DNA of 64,000 nt, taken from assembly GCA_035539375.1 (NCBI GenBank), contig DATLIP010000010.1, positions 6,364-70,363 of the forward strand. Direction: 5' to 3'. The notes beneath the pieces were generated by a model. The model was given only the letters and a program-made list of their open reading frames with translations. It was not told where the DNA came from and searched no databases. Position numbers and translations under genes: made by a program. Below, in pieces: positions 25,173 through 34,703 of the stretch (positions are counted from its first letter, which is position 1; the number at the start of each line of letters is the position of its first letter). This DNA is from Bdellovibrionota bacterium (GTDB lineage Bacteria > Bdellovibrionota > UBA2428).

Positions 25173-25193
25173 CGCTACCCCTTTAAGCTTTGG

Positions 25194-28100
25194 TTAAGGG
25201 GCCTGGGGTAGGATCCAGCCCGCGTCCGCAGGCCAAATCTTCATCAGACCAAGGTTTGTGATGGCCGGGGTCTCGTCGTAAACCGAGAACGGCATGAAGC
25301 TGCTGCCCCGCATTGCGAGGATTTCCGGTTTCGTGTCCCCGCGGTCGAGGATGTACTTATCGATCTGGGCCGTAAGGTCGCGATTCGCGCGACCGATCGT
25401 TTGGGTCAAACGGCGGTACTGATCGGGACTCATCTCGATGGAACCGTCGGGTTCTCTCACCAGACCTTCGCTCTTCACGAAACGCTCTAGAGTGAGCTCC
25501 ACTTGCTTGCGGTGATCGGTGAGCTTGGGTCGGTATTCGTTGCTCGCCCAAGTCTCGCGGCTCATAAACTTGTAAGTCATGAACACGTCGAGTGACACGT
25601 CGACGACGAACGAAGCCCAAGCGCGGAATTTTCGATGGCGTAGGTGCTCAGCATCTTTTCGAAGCTTTTCAGCGGCCGCGTAGTTGCCGCGCTTTTCTTC
25701 CATCTGCGCTTGCTTCATGTTGTTGTCGTAGTCCTGATTGATCGATTGCAATTCGGCCTGCACCATCTCCCAAGACTGGTTGTTAAAGTAGAGCGACATG
25801 GGGATGTTACCGATGATGTTACCGGCGCGAAGTTCACCGATGAGCAGCGAGCCGCCGTTGATGGTGGTCGCCTTGGCGCGTGCTTTGGTGGCGAGATCGG
25901 TAAAGAACTGCGCCTGCGAGGTTTGGCCTTGGCTAGCGAAGTGCTGGGCGCGCGTTTCGTAGTTCTGGATGGTCTTTTCGGCGAGCTTCAGATTGCTGGC
26001 CAAGAGCGCATCTTTGGCTTCTTGAACGGCCTGGGCACTGCGACGCGGACGCCACACGTTTTTCGCGAGGTTAGAAGCGCCTTTGGCAAACCAGTCACCC
26101 GTACGGATGACGGAGTTCATCACGAGGAGATCCTTGGCGCCGTTGCCGCCGATGAGGGCCTGTAGTACTTGGTCCTCCATCAACTGCCATTCTTTTCCGG
26201 ACACGCTGTCGCCTTGCATCCATGCCACGCCGTGCTTGAAGCCCGAGGCAACGCCGCTCGATCCGGCGCCCATCAGTTTCATCATCCAAAACATGCGCCA
26301 AGCTTCGTCTTTGCCTTCGTGGTATCCCTTGTAAAAAAGGCTCTTGGCGTTTTCGAGATCCCATGCGTGTTTGAGTCTGGCTTGGGTGAATTTCGGCAAT
26401 CGCATTTCGTCGACGAGGGGCTTAAGTTTGCTACCCACCAGACGCGTACCATCCTTCGTTACTTGCCAGGCGTTCGAAGCCAAATCCGCCGGACTGTGGT
26501 GAATTCGCACCCCGAGATCTCCTAGCGTTGCGAGGGTCTTCTCGCCCGCGGCGACCGTTTGTGACGGGATGTGACTAAGAGTAGTGGCGGCTTGCTTCAA
26601 CACTCCGGGAATTTGCTTTGTGGTGTAGGAGAGGGGCATGTTCCAGAGTCTCGTGCCCAGGGCCGCGGCAAAGTTTTCGTATTTTTCCGCGATGCCGAGT
26701 TTGCCTATGACCCCGAGAGATTTGTAGGTCAGGGTGGCGAGCCGTGCTTTGCTGTAGCCGTAAGCCACTTTGGAAGTTGCCATCAAGCTTCGCGACACGC
26801 CCAATGACATACCGCCCATAGGGCGCACCGATACGGGCAAACTCACGAGCCCCGCTGTGATCACGGCACCGTTGCCGGCCAGACCGAGCTCGTAGCTAGA
26901 GAAGGGATTCAAGTTCGCATTCAGAACCCCCATGAAGGTTGTCGGCATCTTATCGCTGTTGCCGTTCCACTGCACGTTGGCGGCTTCGTCGGTAGAGTGG
27001 ATTTGTTTGCTATTGAGGAAGGCTAGCTCTGCGTAAGCATCGGTGAAGTGCGCCCCTTGACCACCGTTTTGTTCGGCCAAGGTTTCCGGACTTTTCGCCA
27101 TGGGGATGCCTAGCTCGAGGAACTGTCGGTGCAAGTCGACCAATTTGCGGCTGATGTCATCGACTGTGCGCTCGTAGCGTTTGAAAGTCTCAGTGCCGTC
27201 GGTACCCTCGCGCTTCAAGAGCCAGAGGTTGAAGGCTTTCTTAGCTTCGGCATTGCTCTTGGCTTCGTTGTAAGACTTAAAGTTTTTGATCTCGCTATAA
27301 TTGGGAGCGTAGCGCTGATCCCTCAGGTACTCCTGGTAGCGCGCTTCTTGCTCGTGCGGTTTCATTTGACCCGCGTAGTCTATCGACTCGCGAACCTTTT
27401 CCATGACCTTATCGTATGCATAGGGGAGAAGCACTTTGCCGGCGCTGTCGAAATAGCCTTTAGCACCTTGTTCGAGACCGTTTAAGAAGGTGAGCAATTT
27501 TTCAGAATTGATAGAGCTCATTTCGGCGAGAGCCTGGGATTTGTCGACGAGCTTTCGGGCCCGGTTGATGTAGTCGATATAGTCGTATTGCTTCAGTCCG
27601 TGTGGAGTATCCACGAAGACGGTGTCTTGGAGCACGTAGGGCTTTTTGGTCGCAAAGAGGGGCGATACGGGATCGCCCGCCACCATGGCTGGCGCCATGT
27701 AGCGATCGCCGGCCTTGGTCTTGGTCATCTTATTGTAAAGATCTTCTTTAGCGATTTTTAGCATTTCGGTCAGGGCTGGATGGGTAAGAGATCCATCTTC
27801 GCCGCGAACGCAGGGGTGATCTTCGCCGCTCACGCTGTCGGGCACTTGTTGGCAGATCAGCATATGAAGCGTTTTGAGGGTGGCTGCGTTCTCGGCGGCC
27901 GAAGCGAAGAGAGGAAAGGGCGTCCCGAATAGGGGGAAGGGAATGTTGTTCTGCTTGGCAAGCATCACGTTGGTCATCAGGTAAGACTGGAAAGCGGCCG
28001 CGCCCATGTGGTCAAACATGACGGCCAAGTCTTCGGGGTGGCGGAAGATGTCGGTCTGGGGCAGGAACACTTTGGCGCCCTGGAATTTGAACTGGGGGCA

Positions 28101-29708
28101 ATAGCTGTACTTGATGGTTTTATAGTCGCCGAAGTCGAAGGTCTTCGACTGGTTCGCGTACTCTTTGGTGCACTCTTCATTGCGCACGGTAAGATTGTAG
28201 CGCTCGCGTAAACGATCACCCGCGGCGGCGAGGTCTTCTGCCATTTGCGGTTCGAAGGCGTGCTTGGGCAGGAGGGAGCTGTGTGCGCCCTTGGTTTGCT
28301 GCTCCCAGCGGGTAAAAATTTCGTCGCCCCAGGTAAGCTTTTCTTTGCGTAAGTATCGCGTCTTGATGCGGTTCCAGTGCGGGAGGGTACCCTTTTGGAG
28401 CGAAGCCTCGAGGAATTGCTGCAGGTCGAGCACGTCTTCAGGGGCATCGATGCCCGGCCCGTCGGCATTCAGTGACCATTTGCCGTTTTTGTCCTGCTTA
28501 AAGTAGACCGGGTCGAGCAAAGGGCGCACGCACTCGATCAAGCCGCTGCGTACCTCAGTGTCGAAGCTCTGCACTTCGGCGAGGGCCAGCGCCGGGTCCA
28601 TGTGTTTGGTCAATTCGTTGGGCTGAAGGCCATCGACACTCGCGGCGATACGTTGATCCATGCAGTTGGCCACGCTCTTGTAACCCACCATGATTTTCAT
28701 GTAGTGCATTTTTTGTTCGTCGGGTAGGGCGTTGAACTCTTCCCGATTTTGTAAAAACGTGTTCGCGGTCGTAACTTGCTCTAGGAAGTTGGAGTAGGAT
28801 TTTTCGGGCGTGAGCGGATTTTTTTCCTCCGCTTTGCGCCGCGGAGTGGGCTTGTCCATCAGGTAATTTGTCAGATCGGTCGTGGCCTGGGTGTGCGCCG
28901 TGGGGGAATTGCCCGTGATACCCGGGTAAGCGGCTTCGAACACTTCGGCGGGACCGTTGTAGATTTCCTGCAGAATGGCGCGGGCCATGGAATCGGTGAG
29001 GTCTTTCTCCATTTTGGCCAGCAGTTTTTTAAGTTCGGGAGACGGATTTTGGGGCAGTGATTTGCGCGCTTTGAGGTAGGCCCAGTACTTGAAGCGCACG
29101 TTGGCATCGAGGTCAGAAATCGCGGTGCCCTTGAGTTCAAAAATGTCGTTCAGGGATTTTGACCATTCCGCTGGCCCCGCGGAGGTGGGGGTTCCGAAGA
29201 ATCTGCTCATGACACCGGCCACGTTGAGATTGGACTGATTGGCGATTGTCGACGTGCGCCATTTGGGCTCTTCGCCGTATTTGCGGCTGACGTAGTCTTG
29301 GTACTTGTTGGCGAGGTCCGATTCGCTATCGACGGCTCGCTCGAAACCTTTCATCAGGAGCAGTAGGAGCTGATTCTGGTCCCCTTCGGTGCTGTCTCCG
29401 AAATCGATTTCACTCAGGCTCGCGCTCTCGAAAGAGCGGCGTTGGTTGGTGCAAACGGTCTTTTGTCCGATGCACGAGAGCATGGGGCCAATGTTGGGGC
29501 CGCTCGGCGAAAAACCGCGGTCCAGGCTGTTGTAGAGATCCCCCATGCGAATGGGCTGGTCGACGCGCAGGCCACTGAAGGGATCTTGGCTCAGACGCTG
29601 GTAAGAGGGGTGAAAAGCCTCAACGGCGTTCTCGACGTTGCGATGCTTCGTTTGCGCGAAGGCAGAAATGGCGACGAAAGCCGCGATCACAAAAAACGCA
29701 CGTTTCAT
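25194..29708 (-). CDS. Giant secreted protein (about 1504 aa), function unknown
   Basis: Start at MKRAFFVIAAFVAISAFA|QTK (ATG 29708). Long uninterrupted ORF, largely helical/low-complexity-free, with Gly-rich hydrophobic stretches around GLAGNGAVITAGLVSLPVSV and MKLMGAGSSGVASGF. No enzymatic motif recognised. Confidence 0.6.
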   Translation of the reverse strand: MKRAFFVIAAFVAISAFAQTKHRNVENAVEAFHPSYQRLSQDPFSGLRVDQPIRMGDLYNSLDRGFSPSGPNIGPMLSCIGQKTVCTNQRRSFESASLSEIDFGDSTEGDQNQLLLLLMKGFERAVDSESDLANKYQDYVSRKYGEEPKWRTSTIANQSNLNVAGVMSRFFGTPTSAGPAEWSKSLNDIFELKGTAISDLDANVRFKYWAYLKARKSLPQNPSPELKKLLAKMEKDLTDSMARAILQEIYNGPAEVFEAAYPGITGNSPTAHTQATTDLTNYLMDKPTPRRKAEEKNPLTPEKSYSNFLEQVTTANTFLQNREEFNALPDEQKMHYMKIMVGYKSVANCMDQRIAASVDGLQPNELTKHMDPALALAEVQSFDTEVRSGLIECVRPLLDPVYFKQDKNGKWSLNADGPGIDAPEDVLDLQQFLEASLQKGTLPHWNRIKTRYLRKEKLTWGDEIFTRWEQQTKGAHSSLLPKHAFEPQMAEDLAAAGDRLRERYNLTVRNEECTKEYANQSKTFDFGDYKTIKYSYCPQFKFQGAKVFLPQTDIFRHPEDLAVMFDHMGAAAFQSYLMTNVMLAKQNNIPFPLFGTPFPLFASAAENAATLKTLHMLICQQVPDSVSGEDHPCVRGEDGSLTHPALTEMLKIAKEDLYNKMTKTKAGDRYMAPAMVAGDPVSPLFATKKPYVLQDTVFVDTPHGLKQYDYIDYINRARKLVDKSQALAEMSSINSEKLLTFLNGLEQGAKGYFDSAGKVLLPYAYDKVMEKVRESIDYAGQMKPHEQEARYQEYLRDQRYAPNYSEIKNFKSYNEAKSNAEAKKAFNLWLLKREGTDGTETFKRYERTVDDISRKLVDLHRQFLELGIPMAKSPETLAEQNGGQGAHFTDAYAELAFLNSKQIHSTDEAANVQWNGNSDKMPTTFMGVLNANLNPFSSYELGLAGNGAVITAGLVSLPVSVRPMGGMSLGVSRSLMATSKVAYGYSKARLATLTYKSLGVIGKLGIAEKYENFAAALGTRLWNMPLSYTTKQIPGVLKQAATTLSHIPSQTVAAGEKTLATLGDLGVRIHHSPADLASNAWQVTKDGTRLVGSKLKPLVDEMRLPKFTQARLKHAWDLENAKSLFYKGYHEGKDEAWRMFWMMKLMGAGSSGVASGFKHGVAWMQGDSVSGKEWQLMEDQVLQALIGGNGAKDLLVMNSVIRTGDWFAKGASNLAKNVWRPRRSAQAVQEAKDALLASNLKLAEKTIQNYETRAQHFASQGQTSQAQFFTDLATKARAKATTINGGSLLIGELRAGNIIGNIPMSLYFNNQSWEMVQAELQSINQDYDNNMKQAQMEEKRGNYAAAEKLRKDAEHLRHRKFRAWASFVVDVSLDVFMTYKFMSRETWASNEYRPKLTDHRKQVELTLERFVKSEGLVREPDGSIEMSPDQYRRLTQTIGRANRDLTAQIDKYILDRGDTKPEILAMRGSSFMPFSVYDETPAITNLGLMKIWPADAGWILPQAP

Positions 29709-30236
29709 AAGCAACTTATCGGTAGGGGATAAGCCAAAAATAAGAAATGTCATGCCAACAGCCCCCGAGGTAACCCCGCGGATTACCATAAACTTAGAGT
29801 ACCCATTAATGCACCGCAGCTCAATACTATTAAGTGCGCGCAAGCTAGTCCGCTAAGCGCATGAATACAAAGTCCTTATTATTTGAAAATGATGAGGACA
29901 AAGGACTTGGGAGCGGAGTGTTAATTTTTGTTGAAGTTGGTGGCTCACTGCGTTATACGTGGAGGATGTCTATTTTGAGGGGCATTGGCCTAGGTAGACA
30001 GGGTTTTCGGAGCCCATCTGAGAGTGTGTAAAGCACTTGTAAGGCGGAAGTGCCGGAACGCAGTGGACTCTGTGTCAAAACTTTGGTTTGTCATCTAGTC
30101 CAAGGCAAATGACAATGATCTTGACTTTAGACCGTTAGCCAGGCTGAAAGGATGCCAAATTTATTTTGGTACTTATTTTAGCCTTTGATTAGAGAATACC
30201 GAAAGAAGCATGAAACCAAAAAGGGGTACAATAAAG

Positions 30237-31442
30237 ATGAACAAGAAGCTATTAACTAAAGTTTTGGCCAGCGCCACTCTTCTGAGCACCGTTCCGGCGA
30301 TCGCTCAAGCCGTCAAAGATGCGCCTGCAGTCAAAGGCCACCTGCCTCACACTGTAGAGTCCATCCGCGAAATGGAACGCAAAAACCCTGAAGAAGCGAC
30401 GCGTATGCGCGAAGAAAACGAAGCCGCTGCGGCTCGTCGTTCGCAAGGCGCTAACCGCGCTGCCGGTGCACTGCCCGTTAGCGAGCGCGCTGCGAAGTCC
30501 ATCAACGTACCCACGAAGTCGGGCCTCGCTGGTTCGGAAGCGGCTAAAGTAGGTCTCCCTACGGCTCGTCAAAACGCTCCCCAAGTAGAATTGCAAAAAC
30601 TTCGCGCGGACATCGCCGGATCCCTCGGTTCAGCCGAAGTCTCGATGCGCTCGGACGGCGCTGCCGGTACTGACCACCTTAACATCAACAAACTCCGTGA
30701 AGACGGCGTAAAAGTCATGTCGCAAGCACAGGGCGTTCTTAAGAGCCTCGGCTTCAACACCGAGTCGATCAAAGATATCAACTCTAAGCTGGGCAACGAT
30801 CTGCAAAAGTGGAACTACTTCCTCGCGGTCGTGTCGAAATTCGACGCTACTCAACTTCGCGAGTTCAACCTGAACGCCAAAGCGGCCGAAACCGACGCCG
30901 TCGGTTACCGCGATGCCCTGCTCAACGTTGCTAAAAACTTCGGTGAATTGCCGATCGAAGGCATCTCGCTCGCCGCTAAAGACGGCGCGGCTCGTGCCGA
31001 TGCTTTTGCTGACATCATCAAGACCTACGATGTGAAAACGCTCCAGACCCTGACGAACCTTCGCGGTGATTCTGCCAAAGGCTTGCTCAGAACCATCGAT
31101 AGCGTCAAGGCTGCAGAATCGGGCAAAGCTGCCATCACGACGCTCCAAACCTTCCTGACTGACAACCAAGTTGCGAACGCCGCTCAGATCATGGGCAACT
31201 TCAAGGCTCTGGTAACGCGAGTTCACGGTGAAAACGCAACCCCTGCTCAGGTTGCGGATCTCCTGCGCCACGACACTTCGCCCGAAGCTATCGAAGCTAG
31301 GAACGCCGCATTTGGTGCTAACGTTTGGCTGAAGATTGCCGATGCCGATGGCAACGGTAAAGTTTCGTCCGAAGAAGCTGCCAAAGCTCCGATCACGCAC
31401 GAACAGGTTAAAGATTTAGAAGGCTGCGGATTGAAAGCCTAA
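30237..31442 (+). CDS. Secreted helical protein with a C-terminal EF-hand loop
   Basis: Signal MNKKLLTKVLASATLLSTVPAIAQA. Canonical 12-residue EF-hand loop DADGNGKVSSEE near the C-terminus. AAAGGGG lies upstream of ATG 30237. Confidence 0.55.
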   Translation: MNKKLLTKVLASATLLSTVPAIAQAVKDAPAVKGHLPHTVESIREMERKNPEEATRMREENEAAAARRSQGANRAAGALPVSERAAKSINVPTKSGLAGSEAAKVGLPTARQNAPQVELQKLRADIAGSLGSAEVSMRSDGAAGTDHLNINKLREDGVKVMSQAQGVLKSLGFNTESIKDINSKLGNDLQKWNYFLAVVSKFDATQLREFNLNAKAAETDAVGYRDALLNVAKNFGELPIEGISLAAKDGAARADAFADIIKTYDVKTLQTLTNLRGDSAKGLLRTIDSVKAAESGKAAITTLQTFLTDNQVANAAQIMGNFKALVTRVHGENATPAQVADLLRHDTSPEAIEARNAAFGANVWLKIADADGNGKVSSEEAAKAPITHEQVKDLEGCGLKA

Positions 31443-31465
31443 CTTAGCCCCTCTAGTATGGGGTG

Positions 31466-32593
31466 ATGAATCGAAAGGTTTCTCGCCCCGCACTGTACAC
31501 CCTTGCTAGTCTTATCTCTTTGACGGTTTTGTTCTCATGCACTGAGAGCAAAACCGTTTTTATTTCCAAAAAGAATCCCGTCCTTCGCGCTGATCTCCTC
31601 GCCGCGGGCGATAAGTATTACGCCGCGAGCGATGCTCACTCGCTCTCCACCTTGGTCTTTTTGGGTCCCTTAGACAGTCAGATTGAGCCATGTCATTGTT
31701 TTATTCGCCCCTACGGTGGTTTGAAGCGCGTTCAAAAGTACCTGAGCCAAACGCCTTCGGGTTTTGTGGTGGCGGGGTCCCTTACGGAACCCAATGTCGA
31801 TGGTCCCGTAGACCGTAAAACGTTGGAAACGAGAGTCGTAGAGTTTTTGAACCAAACCAAGCCCATCGCCACCGCCTTCGATCCCGTGGATTGGGATTTT
31901 TGGAAGTCCCAGGGATCGCGCCTCACCTCGCAAAAGTTGGTGGCGACGAACGTGACTTTTACGGATACGGCGCTACAGACCAAGTTGAAAGTTGAACCCT
32001 TCGTTCAGAGTGAAATCGGAGGCGTCGCCTATCGATTCTTCTATTTTGTGAACCCCGAACGCAAGGTTGCCGGTTCCCTTGAGGTCAGTCCGATTGACGA
32101 CGCTTTCAAAAAGCAAATCGCCGAGGTCCCCGCCAACGTGGTGATCGTGGTGATGGCGGCTGCCTACGACGACGTGAAGCCCATCGTGGAAACTTATCGG
32201 CAATTCACTCGCCCTCTAGTTAGCGTTGTGGCCTCCGCCTTGGAGAGCCGCGCCTTTGGCGACGTTCGCGAACCGTGGCTAAACGTTTTCATCGAGCGAC
32301 GTTCCCGTTCCGTGGCGCAGCTGCAGTTCACCCCCGGTGAAGGATTGTACACTTCGCAGCTCATCGAGTTGAGTGGCCTCGAAAGCAAGATTCGCCTCTA
32401 CGGTGAAACGATCAAGAGATTGCTGCGCGATAAGGTATCGGAAGAGTCCATCGTGGAAAAGCCCGAGGGTTTCGAAGTTGCTAAGGCGGACGCCGGGGTC
32501 TTCGACGTCATCGTGAAATCCTTACCGCAAGAAAAGTCGCCCAAAAGCGCAACCAAATTAGAGTCCGTCAATTTGACCGACGATTTCAACTGA
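31466..32593 (+). CDS. Putative lipoprotein, function unknown
   Basis: MNRKVSRPALYTLASLISLTVLFSC|TESK (lipobox-like LFSC). Confidence 0.5.
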   Translation: MNRKVSRPALYTLASLISLTVLFSCTESKTVFISKKNPVLRADLLAAGDKYYAASDAHSLSTLVFLGPLDSQIEPCHCFIRPYGGLKRVQKYLSQTPSGFVVAGSLTEPNVDGPVDRKTLETRVVEFLNQTKPIATAFDPVDWDFWKSQGSRLTSQKLVATNVTFTDTALQTKLKVEPFVQSEIGGVAYRFFYFVNPERKVAGSLEVSPIDDAFKKQIAEVPANVVIVVMAAAYDDVKPIVETYRQFTRPLVSVVASALESRAFGDVREPWLNVFIERRSRSVAQLQFTPGEGLYTSQLIELSGLESKIRLYGETIKRLLRDKVSEESIVEKPEGFEVAKADAGVFDVIVKSLPQEKSPKSATKLESVNLTDDFN

Positions 32594-33605
32594 GTTCACG
32601 CAACCGTTTTAAAAGCCGATCGCATTGGCTGAGGTGCATGGCGTAGCAGAGGCGCACCGCGCTTGCGTCGCCTTGCTCGTCGCCCGTGAGCACTTCGATG
32701 CCCATGGCGCGCAGGCGGGCCTGCAGGCGTTTGGCATCTAGGGGGCTCGGGGTTTCGAGGCGTAAGTAGAGACCCGAACTCGGCCAGTGGGGGATGCGAA
32801 ATCCCCAGGCCTGAGCCAAAGGCTGCAAAGTTGCCGAAATGCGCTTTAGGGATTCTCGCACCACGAGGGTGATCTTGTGAAATTCGGCCGCAAAGGGGCC
32901 TTGCTGCGTTTTAAAGTTCGAAATCAGGTACAGAGCTCCGGCCAGGGCTTCGGGGCTGGGAGAGGCCACAGCGCTCGCGTCCGAGGGGGCCTCGTTCGAC
33001 CAGGTCCACACGAGTTCGGGCCTTTCAGGGCCCAGGGCGGGGTGGGTGGAGTCGATCACCACGTAGGGGTTGGGGATCTTCATCTTGTTGGCGTCGCCGG
33101 GGGCGAGCTCTTCCCAACAAAACACGCGCTGGCGTTGGTCGATGACGATGAGCAAGTGCGGATTCAGCGCGTGCACCGTTTCCAGGGCGCGCTCCAAGAT
33201 GGCTTCGGGCAGGTAATAGCCGTCCCCGGTGCCGGGGTTGGGCACGAGCAGGGCGTCGCATTGCGCAAAGGTGTCCCTATTCCAGTCGGCGGGATCGCGC
33301 GAAAGCGTGCGTACTTGTGCGTGCGCGGGCAGGGTCGTTGTCGTGGGCGTCCAGGTGGCGATCACAGTGTTGGGTCTGACGGCTAAGAATGAGGCGAGGG
33401 CGGCTTCGGCGCTGGCCCAGAACTCAACGATTTCCCCGGGACGTTGCGGATGGCGCAGGAGTCGGCGCAGCGAGGCTTCGAGCGTTTTCACTTCGCCGGG
33501 ATCTTTCATCAAGGGAGCCGGGACTTGATCGCGCAGCAGGGTTTTTTGCGGCGACCTGAGATCAAAGATCTCGCGTTCTCTGTTCAAGTCCGTTTCACTG
33601 CCCAT
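32586..33605 (-). CDS. Aminotransferase class I/II fold-like protein (possibly non-catalytic)
   Basis: ALLVPNPGTGDGYYLPEAILERALE...LLIVIDQRQRVF resembles the NPxNPTG ... DE.Y core of fold-type I aminotransferases. The position where S.SK is expected reads VIDSTHPALG, so there is no obvious PLP Lys. Start MGSETDL (ATG 33605) is 2 nt after the upstream stop. Confidence 0.3.
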   Translation of the reverse strand: MGSETDLNREREIFDLRSPQKTLLRDQVPAPLMKDPGEVKTLEASLRRLLRHPQRPGEIVEFWASAEAALASFLAVRPNTVIATWTPTTTTLPAHAQVRTLSRDPADWNRDTFAQCDALLVPNPGTGDGYYLPEAILERALETVHALNPHLLIVIDQRQRVFCWEELAPGDANKMKIPNPYVVIDSTHPALGPERPELVWTWSNEAPSDASAVASPSPEALAGALYLISNFKTQQGPFAAEFHKITLVVRESLKRISATLQPLAQAWGFRIPHWPSSGLYLRLETPSPLDAKRLQARLRAMGIEVLTGDEQGDASAVRLCYAMHLSQCDRLLKRLRELS

Positions 33606-33607
33606 GG

Positions 33608-34558
33608 CTACATCCCCCCGCGCTGTACCTGAATGCGCACACCGCTGCTCTGGGTAGTGTAAACCACAAAGTCCCACTTGATCGAGACCTGGTCGAGGCT
33701 GTCGATCATGTCGCTAGGGGGGTGAGGAAAGGGCGCGGCCGCGCGGAACGCTTCCGAGGCGGCGCGGTCGAGTTCAAAGACTCCCGACGAGGTGAGGATG
33801 CGCGTTTGCACGATCTCGCCGCGGCGGCTGAGGCGGACTTCGACTTTGGTGATCTTTTCGCTGTCGCTGAACTTGGCGCCACCGGCGTAGAGCTCGGTGA
33901 GCTCTTGCTTCACGCGGTACGACCACTGGGCCGAGAGCGCTTCGCGCACGCGCGCGTAGAACGAATAAAACTTGTACTCTTCGGTATTGAGAATTGTCTG
34001 CGCACCGATGGCGACGTCTTTGAGGTAATCGTCCGTGGCCGAAAAACCATCGCCCTGTGGCCCCAGCGAAGCGGGCGAGCGGCTGGGCGGAGTGAAGAGC
34101 CTTCCGGAGGGCGCCTGGGGATCTTTCGACTCGGTCAGGCGTTTTTCGTCTTCGGCTTTGAGCAGGTCCTTAGGTAATTCAAAGAGCTTGGCAGCGCTCA
34201 CGCTTTCGGCGCCGCTCTTGTCGACGTTTTTGAATTTCCCGACATGCTCGGCGCGCATGTTTTGATCGGCCACTTGGTCGTGCTTGGAAAGGTAGACTTT
34301 TTGTTTCTCATCGGGCTTGGACTCCGACTTGAGGCGTTCGTCCATTTGCACGATCTGGCGCGTTTCCTTTTTGTAACGCGCTTTGAGTTTGCTGAGGTAG
34401 TCCTTCTCGTTCATCGTCTCCACTTGCATGGCTCCGGCGGGGCCGTTGGCGAAGGGGCGGGGCGAACGAGAGGTGTGGTAGGCGAGGCCGGCAAAAACGA
34501 GGTGCAAGAGGGCCGATGCCCCTAGTGCCCAAGCTCCCGAAATGCGAAACCGCCTCAT
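33608..34558 (-). CDS. TonB-family C-terminal-domain protein
   Basis: N-terminal anchor ISGAWALGASALLHLVFAGLAY, a charged Lys/Glu-rich spacer, and a C-terminal KVEVRLSRRGEIVQTRILTSSGVFELDRAASEAFRAAAPFPHPP typical of the TonB_C fold. Confidence 0.65.
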   Translation of the reverse strand: MRRFRISGAWALGASALLHLVFAGLAYHTSRSPRPFANGPAGAMQVETMNEKDYLSKLKARYKKETRQIVQMDERLKSESKPDEKQKVYLSKHDQVADQNMRAEHVGKFKNVDKSGAESVSAAKLFELPKDLLKAEDEKRLTESKDPQAPSGRLFTPPSRSPASLGPQGDGFSATDDYLKDVAIGAQTILNTEEYKFYSFYARVREALSAQWSYRVKQELTELYAGGAKFSDSEKITKVEVRLSRRGEIVQTRILTSSGVFELDRAASEAFRAAAPFPHPPSDMIDSLDQVSIKWDFVVYTTQSSGVRIQVQRGGM

Positions 34559-34703
34559 GAGTTTTTTATCGGTGCCGGGCCCCTAGAACTAGAGCGTTTC
34601 CGGGTTCAAAACTTGGGTTTTGCGGGGATTTCTGCCGTCAAAAAAACATCACCCACAGTGGGCGATGCCCTTTGCCCGTAGAATGAGGTCTGGAGGAATT
34701 CAC

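Noticed and set aside
25153-25187. Hairpin CTTAAAGGGG / CCCCTTTAAG with a downstream T-run on the minus strand, considered as a terminator of the giant gene
   Set aside because: It is plausible, but it overlaps the tracked GTG start of the ferredoxin ORF, so its role depends on which start is real. It is mentioned in the evidence rather than annotated as a feature.
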